Source of the DNA: Phoronis australis
Lineage: Eukaryota > Animalia > Phoronida
Direction of reading: 5' to 3'
Assembly: GCA_002633005.1 (NCBI GenBank)
Contig: NMRA01000060.1
Location: forward strand, 113,740 to 163,425
Length of the DNA stretch: 49,686 nucleotides
Both the position numbers and the translations under genes were made by a program. This document shows, piece after piece, positions 48,601 to 49,686 of this stretch. Below the pieces are notes generated by a model. The model worked only from the letters and a program-made list of their open reading frames with translations. It ran no database searches and was not told where the DNA came from. Numbering within the stretch: the first letter of the stretch is position 1; every line of letters starts with the position of its first letter.

Positions 48601-48628
48601 TCCGCGCCATATTTACCAGCTGGACAAT
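13022..48628 (-). CDS. Receptor-type protein tyrosine phosphatase (EGF-EGF-FN3x4-membrane-proximal domain-TM-PTP D1-PTP D2), 28 exons, 5'-partial
   Basis: The manually spliced exons below have AG acceptors, GT donors (one GC) and matching phases, giving one open frame of 4013 nt ending in TAA at 13022-13024. Classical PTP motifs occur in order twice. No signal peptide or start exon is in the window. Confidence 0.95.
13185..13256 (-). mobile_element. Degenerate tRNA-derived SINE-like head in the last intron
   Basis: Minus strand TGGCGTATTGG...GGATTCGGACCC at tRNA-like spacing. Confidence 0.4.
13412..13547 (-). CDS. RPTP penultimate exon: D2 degenerate P-loop
   Basis: ttacag|A...CTG|gtacgt; 136 nt, phase 2-0; [10 protein letters not shown]...[21 protein letters not shown]. 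Confidence 0.94.
14305..14471 (-). CDS. RPTP exon z: D2 WP(V) loop to Cys
   Basis: tgcaag|GAT...TGC TT|gtaagt; 167 nt, phase 0-2; [17 protein letters not shown]...KTVVVTCL; the AAG acceptor is less certain (an in-frame CAG lies 24 nt further in). Confidence 0.87.
15581..15694. repeat. Compound microsatellite (GT)n(CTGT)n(GCGT)n(GT)n(GC)n
   Basis: Directly visible. Confidence 0.97.
16239..16370 (-). CDS. RPTP exon y: D2 YWP motif
   Basis: ttgcag|ACA...AAG|gtaagg; 132 nt, phase 0-0; [15 protein letters not shown]... Confidence 0.92.
17560..18320 (+). mobile_element. Decayed non-LTR retrotransposon RT fragment (RTE-like)
   Basis: Across frameshifts: [62 protein letters not shown]; order and content typical of RTE-clade ORFs. 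Confidence 0.8.
18986..19120 (-). CDS. RPTP exon x: D2 DFWRM motif
   Basis: ttgtag|AGT...GAC|gtaagt; 135 nt, phase 0-0; [31 protein letters not shown]... Confidence 0.95.
19332..19408 (-). CDS. RPTP exon w: D2 DYVNA motif
   Basis: tactag|CT...AAT|gtaagt; 77 nt, phase 1-0; [26 protein letters not shown]. Confidence 0.94.
19786..19885 (-). CDS. RPTP exon v: D2 KNR(R) loop
   Basis: ttctag|AAT...CCA A|gtatgt; 100 nt, phase 0-1; ...[15 protein letters not shown]. Confidence 0.92.
20046..20192 (-). CDS. RPTP exon u: end of D1, linker, start of D2
   Basis: ttgtag|GAC...GAC|gtgagt; 147 nt, phase 0-0; [19 protein letters not shown]...IEQEYD. Confidence 0.95.
20692..20827 (-). CDS. RPTP exon t: D1 P-loop to Q-loop
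   Basis: ttttgaag|T...GCG|gtgagt; 136 nt, phase 2-0; [15 protein letters not shown]...[12 protein letters not shown]. Confidence 0.95.
22095..22341. mobile_element. MITE-like element with CAGTGGCGGAT-type terminus (hAT-like)
   Basis: Right end CCTATATCCGCCACTG preceded by a C-run; decayed left end GACGGATTTAGGGGGG; a similar CAGTGGCGTAGC start with C-runs lies at about 8049. Confidence 0.5.
23597..23742 (-). CDS. RPTP exon s: D1 WPD-loop (here WPN) to catalytic Cys
   Basis: ttacag|GAT...TGC AG|gtacat; 146 nt, phase 0-2; [17 protein letters not shown]...PAVIHCS. Confidence 0.96.
24168..24296 (-). CDS. RPTP exon r: D1 KCxxYWP motif
   Basis: ttttag|CGT...ACG|gtgaat; 129 nt, phase 0-0 (an in-frame donor 6 nt earlier is also possible); [21 protein letters not shown]... 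Confidence 0.92.
25884..25981 (-). CDS. RPTP exon q: D1 DFWRM motif
   Basis: ttgcag|GT...AAG|gtagaa; 98 nt, phase 1-0; [32 protein letters not shown]. Confidence 0.96.
26626..26739 (-). CDS. RPTP exon p: D1 motifs 2-4
   Basis: ttccag|AC...CAA G|gtacta; 114 nt, phase 1-1; [39 protein letters not shown]. Confidence 0.95.
28754..28841 (-). CDS. RPTP exon o: D1 KNRY loop
   Basis: tatcag|GTG...ACC T|gtaagt; 88 nt, phase 0-1; [29 protein letters not shown]. Confidence 0.95.
29326..29555 (-). CDS. RPTP exon n: intracellular juxtamembrane and start of D1
   Basis: atgtag|CT...AAG|gtaaac; 230 nt, phase 1-0; ...[20 protein letters not shown]...LMDEYK. Confidence 0.85.
29742..29830 (+). mobile_element. 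tRNA-derived SINE head
   Basis: Pol III A box TAGCTCAGTGG (29752-29762) and B box GGTTCGATTCC (29796-29806); the cloverleaf stems do not pair as a real tRNA. Confidence 0.7.
30422..30468 (-). CDS. RPTP exon m: stop-transfer/juxtamembrane
   Basis: aattag|A...TTT G|gtaagt; 47 nt, phase 2-1; [16 protein letters not shown]. Confidence 0.8.
31028..31160 (-). CDS. RPTP exon l: transmembrane helix
   Basis: ttttcag|TG...TAC AG|gtacat; 133 nt, phase 1-2; ...[27 protein letters not shown]. Confidence 0.92.
31400..32150 (+). repeat. Degenerate tandem array, unit about 160-200 bp
   Basis: Recurrent GTCGAATCC..CA.AAAAAT, AAAGCACTCTTCCCTC...TTGAAAAGCC, CCGTCAATCG, GTGTCAAG.TTCAT. Confidence 0.65.
32440..33155. 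repeat. Three units of about 250 bp, each with a tRNA-like cassette: one on minus (32440-32690) facing away from two tandem plus copies (about 32745-32925, 32925-33155)
   Basis: Shared blocks CATGATTTCAT, GGTGGTCCC..GGCTCAATGGC, GGGTTCGAGTCCCGGTCGGG, TTTTCGGA, TCATTAG, TTTGTGATCTATATTTCT are visible in two or three units. Confidence 0.85.
33363..33426 (-). CDS. RPTP exon k: extracellular stalk
   Basis: cctcag|GAA...GAA G|gtattt; 64 nt, phase 0-1; [21 protein letters not shown]; supplies the phase change required between exons j and l. Confidence 0.75.
33693..33963 (-). CDS. RPTP exon j: membrane-proximal domain with RTKR site
   Basis: ttctag|T...GGG|gtaacg; 271 nt, phase 2-0; SYYTIIVEK...RTKR...YITAR...[20 protein letters not shown], the characteristic RPTP juxta-TM motif. 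Confidence 0.93.
34350..34490 (+). repeat. Old interspersed repeat shared with about 42700-42840
   Basis: CAAGCTGAGACCAATTTCACCGCGGTAAGTGTTCTA (34441) vs CAAGCCGAGACCAATTTCATAGCAGTAAATGGTCTA (42795), with weaker upstream similarity. Confidence 0.55.
34841..34943 (-). CDS. RPTP exon i: membrane-proximal FN3-like domain, start
   Basis: atccag|AG...GTC AG|gtactg; 103 nt, phase 1-2; [34 protein letters not shown]. Confidence 0.85.
36273..36310 (+). ncRNA. Minimal hammerhead-ribozyme-like motif (PLE type), possibly decayed
   Basis: CTGATGA-TGACATATGAGACATC-GAAA-CATG-TT; both conserved boxes present, palindromic AACATGTT in place of stem III, imperfect stem II. Confidence 0.4.
36480..36610 (+). 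mobile_element. Short decayed LINE post-RT fragment (RTEX-like)
   Basis: FELFD...HGSEMWGF...IEKVHL motif string with frameshifts. Confidence 0.45.
37258..37465 (-). CDS. RPTP exon h: FN3 domain 4, C-part
   Basis: tttcag|ATT...CCA G|gtactg; 208 nt, phase 0-1; ...[30 protein letters not shown]. Confidence 0.9.
37856..37959 (-). CDS. RPTP exon g: FN3 domain 4, N-part
   Basis: tgtgcag|TC...ATG|gtaacc; 104 nt, phase 1-0; [35 protein letters not shown]. Confidence 0.9.
39727..39814 (-). CDS. RPTP exon f: FN3 domain 3, C-part
   Basis: gaatag|GTG...TCA G|gtaaat; 88 nt, phase 0-1; [29 protein letters not shown]. Confidence 0.88.
39942..40144 (-). CDS. RPTP exon e: FN3 domain 3, N-part (GC donor)
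   Basis: tttacag|AG...AAG|gcaagt; 203 nt, phase 1-0; [37 protein letters not shown]...[11 protein letters not shown]; not in the ORF track. Confidence 0.85.
40542..40844 (-). CDS. RPTP exon d: FN3 domain 2
   Basis: tttcag|CT...TCA A|gtaaga; 303 nt, phase 1-1; [10 protein letters not shown]...YEYEF...[13 protein letters not shown]...[11 protein letters not shown]. Confidence 0.92.
41808..42265 (+). repeat. Interspersed repeat family B, copy 1, with internal GTACCCA(C/T)TTGG subrepeats
   Basis: Direct repeat of about 460 bp with 45378-45837, colinear from TACTGAG.CACAACACCACG to TTTATTTGTCCCCAATAAT. Confidence 0.92.
43760..44077 (-). CDS. RPTP exon c: FN3 domain 1
   Basis: atgcag|AG...GCA G|gttaga; 318 nt, phase 1-1; SASVYW...YQVEY...[15 protein letters not shown]...FTTLCA. 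Confidence 0.88.
44695..44823 (-). CDS. RPTP exon b: EGF-like module
   Basis: tttgcag|AA...TGT G|gtaagg; 129 nt, phase 1-1; [43 protein letters not shown]. Confidence 0.9.
45378..45837 (+). repeat. Interspersed repeat family B, copy 2
   Basis: Direct homolog of 41808-42265. Confidence 0.92.
46883..47097. repeat. Near-perfect inverted repeat (105-bp arms, 3 mismatches, 5-nt spacer)
   Basis: 46883-46987 is the reverse complement of 46993-47097. Confidence 0.97.
48497..48628 (-). CDS. RPTP exon a: EGF-like (laminin-EGF/MEGF10-type) module
   Basis: ttgcag|AT...AAG G|gtaagt; 132 nt, phase 1-1; (D)[43 protein letters not shown]. Confidence 0.9.
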
Positions 48629-49103
48629 CTGCAATGTAGGTCAGACACACGCAAGTACACACCAACGTTCTTCCCAGTATCTATGTTAAAGACAATTTTC
48701 ATGGAATAATTCTTTCCGTAAAACAATGTCCTTGTTGCTATTAAAGAATGTGTAGTTTAATGTTTTGTTTTACGATTCATTATCAAAACAACCGACTCTA
48801 AAGACAAAAATGAATTAAGAATGGTGACAACTATTCGCAATCTTCATTCAATGAAGTAATGACAAATCCCTCATTTCCCTTGTAACACGAGTGTTTCTCA
48901 ACTAGAGTGATGAGTCTTTGACCTGGATGGGGTCGTTTTCTACCCTCTCGGGTTACTGCAGTCATAAGTGTAAGTGTAAATTACCAAAGTGTCTCTGTTT
49001 TGTTTCTTCGTCCGAAAAGTAAAATGCAAAAAATGAGCTTAACTTGATTGGTAATTTACAATTTCCAATTATTCCTGTTAAGCAAAAAATTCCTCTAAAC
49101 TCC

Positions 49104-49686
49104 TTAAGAGTGACTCCATATAAAAACCAACAGGTAGAGTCTATACCCAAAATCACCGATTTTTTTGAAACTTACCACATGAGTTTGGTTTGTTGAGAAG
49201 TAGAAAAACCTCACTTTTTAAGAATTTTCATTCATTATTTTTCTTTTTATGACCTATACCTCCATTTTGCAACAAAATTGGGCGTCGAAGTAGGCATGTT
49301 TGAATGCATTTTACTAGCATGTATGATAAGGTCAAAACAAATGAATAATATGAATTGAAAGGGCAATAGCTGAATAATTTAATGGCATAACTTTCAAAAT
49401 CCATTTTTAAATTTATACGTTTTGAATTTGTGAGGCAAAAACGGCTATTTTTCAGGTTTTCACTGAAGCCATTTTCGGCCACATTTGGCACTCTGTAGCA
49501 GCCATAACGCACCTTTCCTGAAATTGACTTTATAATAATTTGTTAAGTCATTCCTAACCTGTTCATAATCTAAAATAAAAAATCTTGCCTCTAATGTAGT
49601 TTTTGCGTACGAAGCATTATACGAACTGCACTTCGTCCTTTTGCATGTTCTCAGTTGCCTCTGCTGCCAATAGGGGGCTCTTGGAA
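49104..49686 (-). repeat. Interspersed repeat family A, copy 2; ends at TTAA|GAGTGACTCC (Kolobok-like terminus)
   Basis: Inverted homolog of 8326-8910. Homology ends at TTAA followed by purines, the Kolobok signature (superfamily call is inference). Confidence 0.85.

Overview
Eukaryotic, AT-rich, intron- and repeat-rich genomic DNA, most consistent with an invertebrate metazoan (inferred; the organism cannot be named from this window). The main feature is the 3' part of a minus-strand receptor-type protein tyrosine phosphatase (RPTP) gene. I assembled 28 phase-consistent exons by hand (48628 down to the stop at 13022; 4013 coding nt, about 1337 codons; the 5' end lies beyond the right edge). 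They encode 2 EGF-like modules, 4 FN3 domains, a membrane-proximal FN3-like domain with a furin site, a TM helix, and tandem PTP D1/D2 domains ending in a YANF tail. D1 has WPN instead of WPD and HCSTG instead of HCSAG, and D2 lacks the P-loop Arg, so the receptor may be a natural substrate trap or double pseudophosphatase. Introns and the 3' flank hold Penelope-like remnants with minimal hammerhead-like motifs, LINE remnants, tRNA-derived repeats, MITE-like repeats, a 105-bp-arm near-perfect hairpin, and at least 26 copies of TACATGTA, which can be shown to arise as CATGTA insertions at TA. No database search was run; family names rest on recognised motifs.
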